Source: Octopus sinensis
Lineage: Eukaryota
NCBI RefSeq assembly: GCF_006345805.1
Contig: NC_042998.1
Coordinates: 155,434,001-155,498,000 of the forward strand
Direction: 5' to 3'
DNA: 64,000 nucleotides
Part shown: positions 24,000 through 38,235 of the stretch, piece after piece
Numbering within the stretch: the stretch's first letter is position 1
Layout of the letters: each line of letters opens with the position of its first letter
Notes under the pieces: model-generated
The model's input: only the letters and a program-made list of their open reading frames with translations
What the model was told of the DNA's origin: nothing
Databases searched by the model: none
Program-made: the position numbers and the translations under genes

Positions 24000-26400
24000 A
24001 TTAGATGAACTGAGGTAGGAATAAAAGTAATAAAAGTCATTATTGTGAATTGTTAAAGAGATTCAAAAGTATACCGGGTTCATGAATTTACTAATCATTG
24101 CTTTGAATGCACATCGATTAATGAACGGTGTCAGGTCTACTAGTCCCTGAGTAAAACGATTACGTATAAAGGAGGTAAGTAGTTATGGATTTGGTGCAAT
24201 TAGGGTAGATATAGATCTAATGTGAATGGTGTATGGGATGTATGGGGGTTAGTGGTATTAATTGAAAGGTTAGTAGTGTTCTGTATTATGTTATGTGTTC
24301 ATATTGAGTTGTGGAAGATATTTATTAATGAAAGTTGCCTCTTTATTCATTCTTTGTTGTACTGAGGTGTTCTGTGAACATTGATAGAAGGGGAAAAATT
24401 AGGAAATTAGGATTAAGATTCCTAGCACACCTTTCTATGTGTTCACTAACCTGTACTGTGGGTGGCGAATTTGTTCTTTGTGGAGAGTGGTTCTTTGACG
24501 GAGTGATATTCCTATTTGGCAAATATAATTAGGACCACACCCTAAGCATGTACTGGCATAAATAAGATTTTCCGAAGCACAGGTGAAATTTGATTTGATC
24601 TTGAATATTTCACCTTGTTTAAAGTGGAATTCTGAACCCTTCAAAAGATGGGGGCATGTACCGTAGTTAGGTCAACCACATTTTTTCACTTTTGGTTCTG
24701 CTGTTAATGGATATAGTCTTGCGTTGGTTAGTAATTTTTTCAATGATTTGGGTTGCATTTTGCTCTTGATAATTTTGTGTGAGCCTAAAATTTTGTTCAT
24801 TGTTTTATGTCCTGTGAGGATGGGAAGATTTTGGGTGATAATGCTAAAGACTTCATTGTTTCTAGGGTTATGTGTGGAGATGTATGGGAGTATATTTAAG
24901 TCTGGTTTAGTATTTCAGTTGACTTCCCTTAATGTTTGTATATCTATTTCCATAGCTCATTTAATGCCATCATTTATTAATGATATTGGGTAATGTCTTT
25001 TGATTAGTATTGATCTGAATTTAAGGGGTTTTCATTCACGAGTTTTGGTGTCCAAAACTAAATGGTACAGATCCTTTTCACTAGATTATAAGGTATGTTA
25101 ATTTTTATGTGTTTGGGGTGGCATGAGTTGAATAATAGGTATTGTTAAAATCGTCTGTTTCGATGTGGTTATTGACTATTTTGATTAAGATATCAAGAAA
25201 AGGAAGTTGTTTACTGCTGTGTTCCATGGTGAATTGTATGTTGCTATTAATATTGTTAAGCATTATTTTGAAATCGAGGAGTTTGTCCATGGTGTCTTTC
25301 CAAAGTATAAAGCAATTGTCCAAATACCTCTTTTGTCAATAGTAAACTGTATTGAACATGAAATAGTTGTTCAGTAGGATGAATTTGAGTGCTTTGATTA
25401 TGAATCTGTGGTTAATGCGTCCTGGGATCTCTTCTGGGTATTTTTCTAGCTAGAAGGTGATCGCTTCTATATCATAATCATGTGGGATATTGGTGTACAA
25501 ATTCACCACATTGAATGATACTAACAGGATTCCTTCATTTATTGTCACAACTACACTAGCGAAAATGACTCAAGATCTTTTGTTTTTTATACATGGGAGA
25601 GAGATAGATAGAGAAAGATAGAGAGTAAGAGAAAGCAAGGAAGAGTCTGAGAGAAAGGAAGATTAAGAGAGTGGGAAAGTGAGAGAGAAAGGAGAGAGAA
25701 ATAAAGAGAGAGAATGTGGTGATAAGAAACAGAAAGGAAGCAACAGAAAGTAAGAACCACACCCTCACCCTCGCGTAGAGCTGGTCACCACATGAACTGC
25801 AACCAATGCCAAAGAAGCCAAAAATGGTGTCACAGGACAAATTCCTTAGGTCAAAACTAGAGCCACTCATGATCTTTTATTTCATATCCCTGTCTGTATG
25901 TAACCATGTCAAAAGCTTCACACCCACACATTGAAACATACTAAAAGCACCAAGTCACAAATTTGGGACTACAACACCTAATAAAAATAAATATTAAAAA
26001 ATAGGAAAAATAAAAAATAAAAACCAAAAAATAAAGCTCCAAAACGACTAGTGCATATACAAAGGTGGAGTTGTAATAAAATATAGAGATTTGGGGTCCA
26101 GTCAATGTTAATCATATTTATATTCTATTTAACGAGATAGATATTATAGACTAGTAGTAAGGATTAAAATAAAAATAAAGTAAATTATTGAAGTGTACAA
26201 TCACAAGAATAAAAGATCCACAGGTTAAGTTTATAATTATATTTATATATATTTATCTATATTTTGGTGTTAAGTATGGTTTATATAATGATTGGTATAA
26301 TAAATGATTATACTATTATCAATTATTTGTTATTAAGAAAATGGGGTATATAGGTCTGCTAAAAATATAAAAAATTAAGAGGTCAAGTATAGAATATGTT
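24000..26400 (-). mobile_element. Decayed Penelope-like element (AT-rich family)
   Basis: MDNCFILW...IQFTME...LPFLDI (25105-25323); FKIKSNFTCASENLIYASTCLGC (24435-24644); boundaries approximate. Confidence 0.8.
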
Positions 26401-26481
26401 GCTAAAAGCTAATATGCAAATTGTAAAAATTACAAAGTACTTATGATATGAATGTGTGTGTGTGTGGTGTGTGTAAATGTG

Positions 26482-26617
<136 letters not shown>

Positions 26618-26631
26618 ATATATATGTGTGT

Positions 26632-26800
26632 CGGTGGCACATAAAATCACCCACTACACTCTCGGAGTGGTTGGCGTTAGGAAGGGCATCCAGCTGTAGA
26701 AACACTGCCAGATCTGACTGGCCTGGTGCAGCCTTCGGGCTCCCCAGACCCCAGTTGAACCGTCCAACCCATGCTAGCATGGAAAACGGACGCTAAATGA
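26632..26800 (+). mobile_element. Short 3'-terminal fragment of the RTE family
   Basis: Reverse complement of 1490-1660. Confidence 0.85.
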
Positions 26801-27054
26801 ATGATGATATATATGTATGTATGTATATGTATATATATATATATATACACAATATTAAGGTTAGATAGGCAATATAGTTATAATCATTTTTTTATATGTT
26901 GATATTAAGAGATTAATACAGGGTTATGGGGATAAAAATAGTTGTTATAATTATGCATCTATAAAAAAAGTAGTGTTACTGAAAAATATGTGGATGGTAT
27001 TATAGGTACTAATTGACCCACTTAAATGTTAAATAACATATATATATATATTTA

Positions 27055-27235
27055 GTTGGAATTTACAAAAAAAACAAAACAAAAGATGAAGACAGATGTG
27101 TAAACAACAAACAGATGTATTAGTTTTACGCTCAAGAAGTGAGAAAGTATTTACATTTCGAGCCTACGTTCTTCAACAGAAAGGAACACAGAAATAAGCA
27201 GAGAAAATAAAAAAGGTTTAGTGGCTAGCGATCAA
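27055..27235 (-). repeat. Solo PLE pseudo-LTR
   Basis: Reverse complement resembles 23680-23850. Confidence 0.75.
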
Positions 27236-27654
27236 TCATCACACACACACACATATATATATATATTGGAACATGTGATTAGGAAGCAATAAGGTTCACC
27301 AACTATGTAGATTATAAATATATACAACAGTAATATGGTGGTGTAATAATATTCAATTCCTTTTCATTTTATATAATGTAGGGAAATTAAGGTTGCAAAA
27401 CATATACATAATTATATAAATATATAAATACGTAGTTACATAATTATATAAATTTAGAAAAAGTGTATTTAGGTGTATGCAAACCTTGGTAAACTTTTTC
27501 TGGTTTATCATTTAAGAGATTGTGCTTAGAGAATAGGATATGATACATTTCATCTAAGCAGAGGGAACATGTCTTAGCTGATGGTTTATAAGGTTGAGCA
27601 TTATTTATAACTTTCCATCTGATTTTATAAGTTTTCTTACTATTTTCTTTCTTT

Positions 27655-27842
27655 CTTTTATTCTTTTACTTGTTTCAGTCATTTAACTGCGGACATTCTG
27701 GAGCACTGCTTTTAGTCGAGCAAATCGACCACAGGACTTATTCTTTGTAAGGCTATAGTAGAAGACACTTGCCAAAAGTGCCACACAGTGGGACTGAAGC
27801 TGGAACCATGTGGTAGCTACTTACCACACAGCCACTCCTGTG
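27655..27842 (-). mobile_element. Internally deleted tRNA-derived SINE
   Basis: SINE tail joined directly to head (ggctatagtagaagacacttgcc...cagccactcc). Confidence 0.75.
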
Positions 27843-27849
27843 CCTACCT

Positions 27850-29770
27850 ATACGTTTCCATATAAATTTACTAAGTCCTGTGCTATTATGTTTATTAATA
27901 TTTCTAAATGAGGCTTCATCGTTCACTATATGATATTTCATGTAATATGCTGTTGCTCCAAGATAATAGAAATATCTTCGGATTTAACTGTGGGTTTGTA
28001 TACTAGATTTTTGTGTTTGCAGTAATTATCAAATTTACAATCAGATTTATATTTAGATTATTATTACTTGTGCCAACATTAGCTTTACTGTTTCCTCTAG
28101 GTATAATATTAGAGACAGTTTGAGCAGGATGTGTATTGCTAGTTGGTGGGGAAATACTTCTGTTTATATAATATTCATCAAGTTTATTGTTATTTAAAGA
28201 TGAGATATGTCTAAATATGATTTTAGTAATAGAAAATCCCATCCTTATTGAATTTTTATTAATTATGGTACTGTATTTATTAGAAGTAAAGTGGTTATCT
28301 ATTATTGAACAAATTACTTTGATAAGGTTTGTCTTTATTTGTTTTCCATAAGATAATATAAGCCAAATTATATTATTATTATTATTGTTATTATTGTTTT
28401 TTGTGGTGTTTATGGTTGTTATCAGGTATACATTTTATATATGGTATAAGTTTCTTATTTTAAAGCATTTATTAGTTTTGTAGTTTGATTCAGTATAATA
28501 GAGATTCACATTTTATTATTATTGTTGTTGTTGTTGTTATTATTATTATTATAACTACTTGAATGGTAGTTTTTATTAGTGTTGTTATGCATATTAATTT
28601 TATGTGTAGGTTTAGTTGTATTTGTAGACAATTTGTCATTTATCTTGTTGACTGTCTGGTGGTAATCATTATTTTCAAATTTAATTTTTTGTGTATATCT
28701 TGCCTTATCCAATGTAGAGTTATAAAAGTCCTTATACATATTAAAGATTTCTTTGTTAGACGAGAGGTAATTAATTCTACAGTGTATTTTATTAACTAAA
28801 CATTTGGTAATTATTTTGGGATGATTACTATTATAATTAATATATATTAGTTTAGAATTAGGTTTGTGATATGGTGCATGGTTTCCTGTGAGTAGGTTAA
28901 GGTTGACATCTAAAAAATTTACAGAACAATGTTCATTTTCTACAGAAATTTTCAGGCTAAACATACTAAAGAATCTATGAAATATTTTCATATAATTTTC
29001 TATTGCTAGTAGATTTAATTATAAATAATGCATCGTCCCTTTATAAACCTCTGGCTATTTCTGGAAATTCATTACTGAACTTATACAGAAATTCATTACT
29101 GAACTTATACAGAATATTTATACCAACAATATCAGTGACCTGAGCTGAATCAGTAGATCCCATAGGTATATCAAAGTAGTGAGATGTATCCTTTCTAGTC
29201 CAGTATTTATTGTCAAATTTAATAAATGGTTTTCTAGCAGTGAGAATTATATTGATTTCTTTATGAGACAAACTAGTGTGACCCATAGCAAATATTAGAG
29301 CACTATTTAATTCTATGGGTTTTATAGAAGAATAATATTCATTAATATCTACCTGTATAAATCTATGATTATCCTTATTATCTATTTGATTAAACCAATT
29401 TATATCTTCCTGTGTACTAAACCAAAGTTATATATATTTATCTAAGATTAATTCACTTATCTGATTTTGCTGGCAGCTAAGTCTAACTTTAGGGTCAGTA
29501 AAAAAATTTGGTTTATGGTCCTTAAGATATATTCTAGGTCTAAGAGGGACAAAGGGTTCAGTCAGGTCATCAATATTGTATTGGGTCACTACTTTTTGGT
29601 ACTCAAGATTGTTGTTTCTAAATATGCTCTTATTTACTATTTTATATATGTTAGTAATTTCCTTGTGCATAAGGTCATAGTATAAGTCAATGTTCATGTT
29701 ATATAGGTTACCAGTTTTATCAGATAATTTCAGCTGTGAGATAATGTTCTTTAATTTATTCAAGTGCTGG
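27850..29770 (-). mobile_element. Decayed Penelope-like element (third family)
   Basis: IYLKDHKPNF...KVRL; FDIPMGSTDSAQVTDIVG; VNFLDVNLNL...YHKPN...YINYNSNHP. Confidence 0.8.
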
Positions 29771-29789
29771 TTTCTAAATGGCCGCTGTT

Positions 29790-30780
29790 ACATCTGTTTC
29801 CTCAATGTTGATGTAATCAACAGCTGGCACCTCCTTTATTAGAGCTGCAATATCAAAGAATTCAGCTGGATTTTTTATCTGTATGTGTCCAAGTGGGGAA
29901 GTGAAGACATTTTTAAATTGTTCAGAGTGTCTCACTTATCCTTCCTGGGTCTGCCGTCAGTGAGTCATTCCCTTGGAACAATGGTCCTATTTTATTGTGG
30001 CTGTTTCCTTTTATAGAAAGCTTTGGGATTTGTTTTTATGCTTTCCACAGCCCTTTTCTCTTTCTCTGCTCTTTCCCTTTCGTGAGAGAGTTTGATCTTA
30101 CTTTCAATTTCTAGGAGCGTCCATGTGTTAAGATAGACTTCTCTCTTTCCTTCAGTTGCCTATTCAGCTGCTTTAAGATCTTTGACCTGTGTCTCATGAA
30201 GATTTTTCTGTCCCTGGGATCCTTGTTCAACAATGCGCTTGCCTTTCTTTCTTGGATATATTTAGTGCATATAGCTTGCATGGTTCACATAAACTGGCTG
30301 AGTCTTAGATCAATGTCTTGCATACACAGAATGTTGGACCACTTTCATTTGTGGACCTCTTTGTGGATTGATTTCCATTTTGCCTTATGGAAATTCAGGT
30401 TGTGTAAATAGTTTGCACAGACCAAACATAGTTAGTTCAACAATGTTGTGAATTGAGAGTGCTGTTGTGTCACCTTCGCATTATGGATAAGGTCCACATT
30501 ATTAGTGAAGCATAGGTCCAATATGTTGTTTCCTCTCGTTGGCCTGAGTATCACTTGCTCCATGAACAGCTTATTCGCAAGTTCAAATAATGATTCTACA
30601 TGCTTTTGTTCATGCAGTGATGTCCCAGAGAGGGTGTGGCCTTCTAGCCATTTGACATGTGGGAGGTTGAAATCACACAGGAAGAGTATGTTGATGTTTT
30701 GATCTAGGTTTGTTAATACCTCTTTGATGTGTTTCAAGCTATCCTCAAATTTTCCATCATATTTTGTGGTATTGTGCATA
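29790..30780 (-). mobile_element. CR1-type LINE fragment (endonuclease and linker)
   Basis: LFLCDFNLPHVKW...EQVILRPTRGNNILDLCFTNN. Confidence 0.75.
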
Positions 30781-31740
30781 CAGCTTTATATGCATTATTA
30801 AGGTAACACAAACTGGCAATAATACAAGAGCATACAGTTCTATATTTAAGAGATGAGGAATTCTGTACATTATTTACATTTGACAGATATTTGTCCTCAT
30901 CTTGTTTGTTGTTAACACGTTTCAGCTGATATACCCTCCAGCGTTCATCAGGTGTTTTGGGGAAATTTCGAATCTGGGTTCTCATTCCTAAGGTATTTTT
31001 CGATGTTATTATTATTATTATTATTCAGGTCACTGCCTGGAATCTAACTTGGAATCTTGGGGTTAGTAGCCCACACTCTTAACCACTACACCATATGCCC
31101 ATGGGCAATTATGGAGTGAATTTTAGGGCTTATAAATCTAATATTTTCCTCTACTTCCTTAATACCGGTTTCCATATGCTATTCATGTCTACACTCAGTC
31201 TGATTAGGAGGTTGTTGTGTCCTAGCATATGTGCTGCTTCTTTTAGTTTTTGTATTTTCCAGTGGTGTTCTCAGTCTATTATTTTAACTTCATCCCACAG
31301 GGGGAGGTGGTCTCCATTTTTCCATACATGATCAGCTATACCCGATTTATCAATATCTCCTCCTGTCACAGCTTTGCGATGTTCCTCTACCCTTATTTTG
31401 AGGGGGCGGCATGTTTCGCCTTTGTATAACCTACCACAGCTGCATGGGATGGAGTACACACAGTTTTCGGTCATATTCTCTTCTATTGGTGGTTTTACCC
31501 AAAGGAGATATTTGCAAAGTGTTGTATTACTCTTGAATACTGTCCTGATGTCATATGGGCAGCATATCTTTCGTATCTTTTTGGAGAGGCCTTTCACAAA
31601 GGGTAGACAGACTGTTGACAGTTTATCAGTTTCATCCTCTCTTTTCTTCATAATTCTTGTTGTGTATGCAGATAATACAACCCAGCTGAGTGAAGAGATC
31701 TGCTCTTGGCTATTCAGACATGTATTTCAGACATGTATTT
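30780..31740 (-). mobile_element. 5'-truncated Penelope-like element: GIY-YIG end, tRNA-like segment and hammerhead-like terminus
   Basis: NCVYSIPCSCGRLYKGETCRPLKIRVEEH (31271-31651); tRNA-like 31028-31100; CTGATGA...GAAAC at 30919-30951. Confidence 0.82.
31028..31100 (-). other. tRNA-like sequence (pol III box A/B; not a functional tRNA)
   Basis: gggcatatggtgtagtggttaagagtgtgggctactaaccccaagattccaagttagattccaggc: box A TGGTGTAGTGG, stem ggg/ccc with a 7-nt loop, degenerate box B. Confidence 0.6.
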
Positions 31741-32409
31741 TAATATAAAATATTAAAATTCTGGGATAGGTGAATAGAATATAAATAAGTAACATCAAGG
31801 TACAGGTGCCATTTCATTATGGCCATTTCGAGCAACTCAATTGATTAATGAAAACATTACATCATTGCAAAGGAACTGTTTTTGTCAGATGACTGCATGA
31901 ACTTCGAGCATAAAGGACAATTTGACTGATTAAACATAGTCCCAACTCCATAGAGCCAAAATATTTATACTGATTCTGCTGCTATTTCATTGGCAGAATG
32001 AATTTACCAAATATTTTATATCTTGGCAGTCACAGAACATATAAGTTTGCAAGTGATGCAAAGTAGAGGGGAGTAGATTATGAATAATGACTACAAAATA
32101 TAGTTGTTTTACATGGAAACGAAATTTCTTGTCAGAAACAGCCACATAAATGGTGTAAGGAAATTGAAGGAAGATGTTGAAACTTCCTCTCTGCAGGCTT
32201 ATTTTAATCAACAGCAAAGGGAGCTATTTTTTTGGTGAGATAAGCAAATAGAAGCCCCTTTATTCTGTCTTTCTACATCACCTGTGCATAAACTAACAGC
32301 GAATGCTGCATAAAGTTAAATTGGTATGGAGCTTTCTGAAAGATATGTATAGCTTTCACTAGTGGAAGCAAAACTCGGCAGAGTTATGGTGTAAGCACAT
32401 ACTAAAACT

Positions 32410-32620
32410 CCTCTCTTTACTCTTTTACTTGTTTCAGTCAATTGACTGCAGCCATGCTGGAGCACCACCTTTAGATGAGCAAATCGCCCCCAGAACTTAT
32501 TCTTTGTAAGCCTAGTACTTATTCTATCAGTCTCTTTTGCAGAACCACTAAGTTACAGGGATGTAAACACACCACCATCGGTTGTCAAGTGATGTTGGGG
32601 GGACAAACACAGACATACAA
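32410..32620 (-). mobile_element. 3' half of a SINE, interrupted by later insertions
   Basis: SINE tail; the matching head half resumes at ~34315-34490. Confidence 0.7.
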
Positions 32621-33372
32621 ACTCCTCTCTTGCCCTTCTTCTCTTCACCCCTACTCCCTTTCTCTCTTCTCTCTCACTCTCTCTCTTACTCTTTCACTCT
32701 CTCGTTCTCTCTTACTCTCCCTCTCTCTTCTCACATACCCACCTTCCCCTTCCCCTTCATCGTCAACCCTCCCCATCCTATCCCTTACACCCTTTCCCAC
32801 ATACCCCACCCTCTGCCAACCCACAAACCCTACCCCCACCCTCTGCCTACCCACATACCCCAACCCTCAGCTGAACCCACACCCCACCCGTGCTTTCCCC
32901 ACTCTTGCCTCCTCCACCTCCCAACAACATCACACCACACCACACTACACCATACCACATTACACATCACATCACACCACCCACACACCAGCACTGACCA
33001 ATTCCCATCCCCACATTTTCACACCTACACATACATACACGCACATGTCAAGACCACCAGCCGTCTTTCACATGCGCATATGTACTCTCTTATACACACA
33101 CGGACCTTCGTGTTGGGGGTCCTCTTTACTTTGTTATCTCCCCTACTGCTTCACTCTCCTGTGTGACCCTTCTGTCTGGCAGTCGCCATGATAGATCGGT
33201 AGCCACTACACACATATTTTTTCTCTCCTTGTTTTTTTCTGTATACCTTTCTGTAGAAGAGCATAGGCTTGAAATGTAAAAGAATTTTTCTATTCCTGAG
33301 TGTTATACTAATACATCTGTTTGTTTTGTACACCACCTGTCTTCGTCTTTTGTTTTTTTCATGAACTCTCCC
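32620..33372 (+). mobile_element. 3' fragment of the 19588-23855 PLE family, with pseudo-LTR
   Basis: Colinear with 23200-23855. Confidence 0.85.
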
Positions 33373-34314
33373 TATATATATATATATATATAAATGAGAA
33401 ACAAAAACATAAACACAAAACCAAGGAACTGGACATTTTTCTTAAACAACGAAAAAATAGAGTACAGGACATACAACACAAGGAAAATTCCCCTTCTTCA
33501 GTCGCCATGGTTTCATCTACTCGTGTTTCGAAGGTGAAGGCGAGATGCAACTTTGGTGAAACGTTCCTTCCCACGAAAAACAAATTAAATAAAATTTGAG
33601 ATTTTTTTGCGGAGGGGTAAAAATGGTAACAAAAACAGGACAGTAAAGACAGTACAAAATATAAACAGTAAAAGACAGGACAAGGAGAATAACAGTAACA
33701 CAGACAAGAAGGGCTGTTAAGCCAAACGAGATAAAATATTATGAACACTATTTTTGAGAACGGTGAAGGAGCCACAGAAAATGCCATCTACACTCAGGGG
33801 AAGCAAGGTCAGAAAAGACAGTAGTTTCCTCATCGCTGACCAGCGACGGGACAAGGGAGGAGGAGTAGGAGAAAGGGAAGGAGAGAGAAAAACGAGGAAT
33901 GGTTGTAGAGAAAACCAGAAAGAATGAAGAATGAGAGAGAGGGAGGGAGAGATCGTAAGGTAGAAGAAAAAGAAACCAGAAAGAAGGAAGGCTGTGAAAG
34001 GGAGGGGGACAGAAAGGTTAAGAGTGCGCATCAATATTAATATTAAGAACAAACTTACTTAGAAATGGATGCATGCTTTCTGTCATGTAATAACAAATTA
34101 ATAAATAAAACATATGCATATATACATACATATATGTACGTACCTACATCTGTGTTTATGTTTTCGTTTCTCATTGTGTTCGACGTTTTTTTGGTGTCCT
34201 GTACCCATATATGCATGTATATATACATGTAGATGTAGGTACGTACATATATGTATGTATATATGCATATGTTTTATATATTAATTTGTTATTACACGAC
34301 ATAACGCATGCATC

Positions 34315-34490
34315 CATTTATATATACATATATACGACAGGCTTCTTTCAGTTTCTGTCTACCAAATCCACTCACAAGGCTTTGATTAGCCTGAGGCTAT
34401 AGTAGAAGACACTTGCCGAAGGTGCCATGTAGTGGACTGAACCTGGAACCATGTGGTTCATAAGCAAGTTACTTACCTCACCGCCACTCC
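34315..34490 (-). mobile_element. 5' half (tRNA head) of the SINE
   Basis: gacaggcttctttcagtt...ggactgaacctggaaccatgtgg...gccactcc. Confidence 0.75.
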
Positions 34491-34494
34491 TGCA

Positions 34495-35466
34495 CCTCAT
34501 AACTTTTTTATTTTTACGAATTTTTACACAATTTTTTTATTGTCTTGTGCATAATGGAATTGATATGATGATGGAAAAAAAATTTTTTTTTTTTAAATTC
34601 CTACACCACCATTTTTTTTTTTAAATTCGTGGTTTTAAAATACAGACAGTCCAAATTTACCATTTGTTTCTTTTTATAATTTCCCAAAAGTTTTTTAAAT
34701 ACTTCAAAATCAAAATTGCATAAATATGTGTGCCAGAACAGTAGTTAAAATTAAGGAAATGGATTTTTGGGAGACCTCTTATTATAACTGACTTTTATTC
34801 TATCATTCTAATATGTTCTTAATGAAATTTTCTACAAATATCCTTCAGATTGTGTAGATTCTGATTAAATTGGAATTCCTTGTTAAAACTGTTTGTCCCT
34901 AAAGGAGTTTTAGAAAATTCACACCATTAGGCTTTGTTGTGTGTGTGTGTGTATATATATATATATGAGTGGGTGTATACGTATTATTTTAATTATCTCT
35001 ACACACGTAAAAAATTGGGTACACTGTTTGTAATGATGATTATAGGTATCCAAAACTTCTTCACCACTCTTCAAACTTCATTTTTCCTATTAAAAGGAAG
35101 GCTTTCGTCTACTTGGACTATATGCTGTACCTCTGTATGGCTGTCTGTCTGCTAATATTGTTGAAGGACATGCAGGATGTCACTGGCATTTCACATAAAA
35201 AATCCAGGATTATGTGAAAAAGTGTGAAGACTGACAATTGACTTTTTTTCCATAAAAGTATTAAAAAATTGTTTGGAAATTATAAAGAGAAATGAATGGT
35301 GGATTTGGACTGTCTGTATTTTAAACCCCAAATTTTTTTTTTAATTATTGGAGGAGGGGATTTAAAAAGAAAAAAATTTTTGCATAATCATATTAATTAC
35401 ATTATGCAGAAGACATAATCAAAAAACTTTTGTAAACATTTTTTAAAAAATAAAGAAGTTATGAGG
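34495..35466 (-). mobile_element. Non-autonomous DNA transposon with ~210-bp imperfect TIRs; Merlin/IS1595-like transposase remnant
   Basis: 34495-~34705 is inverted relative to ~35250-35466; minus-strand remnant HIVQVDES...RK...RVVKKFW resembles the Merlin VEIDES...RK...GR...W motif. Confidence 0.5.
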
Positions 35467-35800
35467 ATTTTTAGCACATGCTTACATCATAACTCTACCC
35501 AAAACTCTTATTTAAATGTTGATTCTTTGGGACGAATCATAAGTGATTGTTTAAAGAAGGATAGAACAACAATGGTAAAATGTATTTGAAACAAAGGACA
35601 ACAGTTGAAATGGATGGGTAGGTAAACAAAGGTATCAACAAATACAAGACAGGGAAGGGAACATCACCTTTCAAGTAACTCAAAATAGGTAAAAATAGGT
35701 ACATTTGCCAAAGTTAAATGTAGTTTAAATATGGAGATTAAGATTGTTTGGTATTGGATATTCATCACATACAGTGTTTCTCAACAATTTAATAAACGTT

Positions 35801-36240
35801 GCAGGTGGACAGCCAAAATAAATTGACAAAATCCTTTCACTTTTATGAAAAGATTTAAAATGTATGGAAGACCCTACATGCAAAAAACTATGTCTATTTA
35901 CACAGAAGCTCTGGGCAAAATGTTATAGTGTATGACCATCCTTGGGACATAGTATGTATAATTTGGTAAAAATTGGTTGAGAATTGTGGAAATGTATGTG
36001 TTCAGTGTTCATAGTCAATTTAATCCCTGTCACAGGTGGACAATTGAAATAAATATATAAAATCCTTTCACTTTTATAAAAAGATTAAAAGAGTATGGAA
36101 GATCTTACATACAAAAAACTATGTCCATTTGCGGGAGGTCTGGGCAAAATGTTATAGTGCATGACCATCCTCAGGACATAAGTAATGTGTGTAAAGTTTG
36201 CTGAAAATTAGTTGAGAATTGTGGAAATGTATGCGTTAGT
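35801..36240 (+). repeat. Two diverged ~230-bp tandem units, possibly a Helentron/DINE-like non-autonomous element
   Basis: caggtggaca...aaaatcctttcactttat...gagaattgtggaaatgtatg occurs twice. Confidence 0.55.
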
Positions 36241-38151
36241 TACTATACACATACATGCTACAATTTATATATATATATACAAGAAAATATGAATCAATAA
36301 CTAAATACAAATATAATTACTTTACTAATTATCTTACTGTTTCATATAATAATTATGACTGACTTTTTCATGAATTAGAAACAAGCATATAAGGGAATAT
36401 ATATGTACATTAACAAACTGATTTAACTTCATAACATGTTACTAACATACATACACACTTATACACACATAAATCAACTTAGACAGTAAACATCTATACT
36501 CACACACACATAAACAATCATACACAAACTGAAATGGACTATGATTATCCATACCTATAAATGTATATATAGTTATAGGAATATTTGACAACCTTTTACT
36601 AATATACATACATACTTATGCACTAATAAAGCAACTTAAGCAGTAAGGATCTATAAACACACACACACTTATGCATAAATGGTGACGTCCATACTTGTAT
36701 TAAATAACTTTATGCCAACACACATACACACATACATAAATTAACTTAGGCAATAAGCATACATATATACACATATGAGCACACATATAAACACACGAAC
36801 ATACACTCACACATAAACCAAAATCGACCATGGACATCCATGTTTTGTAAAAAAAACTCTTTTATTTCATTTTTATTTTTCTTATTAGTATATTTTTTTA
36901 TTATTATTATCATTATTGTATTTAAATAAAAATATTAATGCATGTGTACACACAAACATGCTTTCATCTGCTTAATCTGTCGGAGTATTTCAACTTATCA
37001 AAAAGTAAGCTCTATAATGTTCATCTTGCTCTGAAGATCTTCCACCTAAAGTACTCAAAATGCAAACTTATATTATTATATATGTCTTGTTATTTAAATT
37101 GGGTGCGAAGTGAAACAATTGTTGGCAATGTTAATTAATTTATATCCACCGAATCACTCCATTTTTAAACTTATTAATAATATTTGATGTTTTATAATAT
37201 ATTTATTGAAGAAATATCTCTTCAAAATATAATATATTAAACCAGGGTATCTTGGATAAAACTATCCCTATAAGAGGATGATATACAACCCAATTACATT
37301 TATATAAGGAAAGCATACTCATTAAAAAATATAACCCACAGCTGAGTATCCTTTAGAAAGAAGAAAAAACACTAAAAAGAAAAAGGAAAAAGACTCAATT
37401 TCTCCACAAAAAACAATCAGGTACAACAGACAATTTTTAAAAACTCTAGTAACAGTCTTCCACCCAAGTTTCAAAACTGCAACTCCAAATCACCATACAA
37501 TACCACCATATAAACACCAGTTACTGACGTCACCTAACTCTAGACCAATGAAATTTTACTTCTGATCAAAACCAAATTTCAGCAAATTCAACAAAATGAC
37601 CCTTTAAGAGAATCAACCAACTGGAACAGCTGATGACTGCTCTCCACAGGCAAGCCGCAGAACAACAAACTTGACCACCAGAAAAACAAGATGTCACCAA
37701 TACTTTAACAAATGAAAAATCAGATCTATTCATGGAAAAAAAATTATAAATACACTGGATTCCAAAAAACACTGTTTCAAGTGAAAGTTCCCGCACACAG
37801 CGGAAAGAGAATCACAGAAACTGTAAACCAAATCCCTTTTTTTACTATCTTCATTTCTCCCTTGTTTTTATCCAGTATGACTGAAACTTTGATGATATTC
37901 ATTTCTTATCAACCACTACAAAATTCCTTGAATTATATTGAATTTTGTACATTTAAACAAAAGTTTTAATATTATTGACTGTTATGAACATTTAAACTTG
38001 TCAACATTGAAACTGTTAAACATGTTTTTCTAATTCATAATTCTAAATTTTAACTATTGATAAACAAAAAATATTGTTGAAACTATTTTGATATATATGT
38101 AAATAAATTTATTTCAAAACAATTAGGTGCATTTTCAACAACAAATTTGCC

Positions 38152-38235
<84 letters not shown>

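Noticed and set aside
32132-32233. Possible plus-strand exon NSHINGVRKLKEDVETSSLQAYFNQQQRELFF
   Set aside because: Isolated, with no partner exons on that strand
37560-37830. Gag-like Q-rich remnant
   Set aside because: Too decayed to classify
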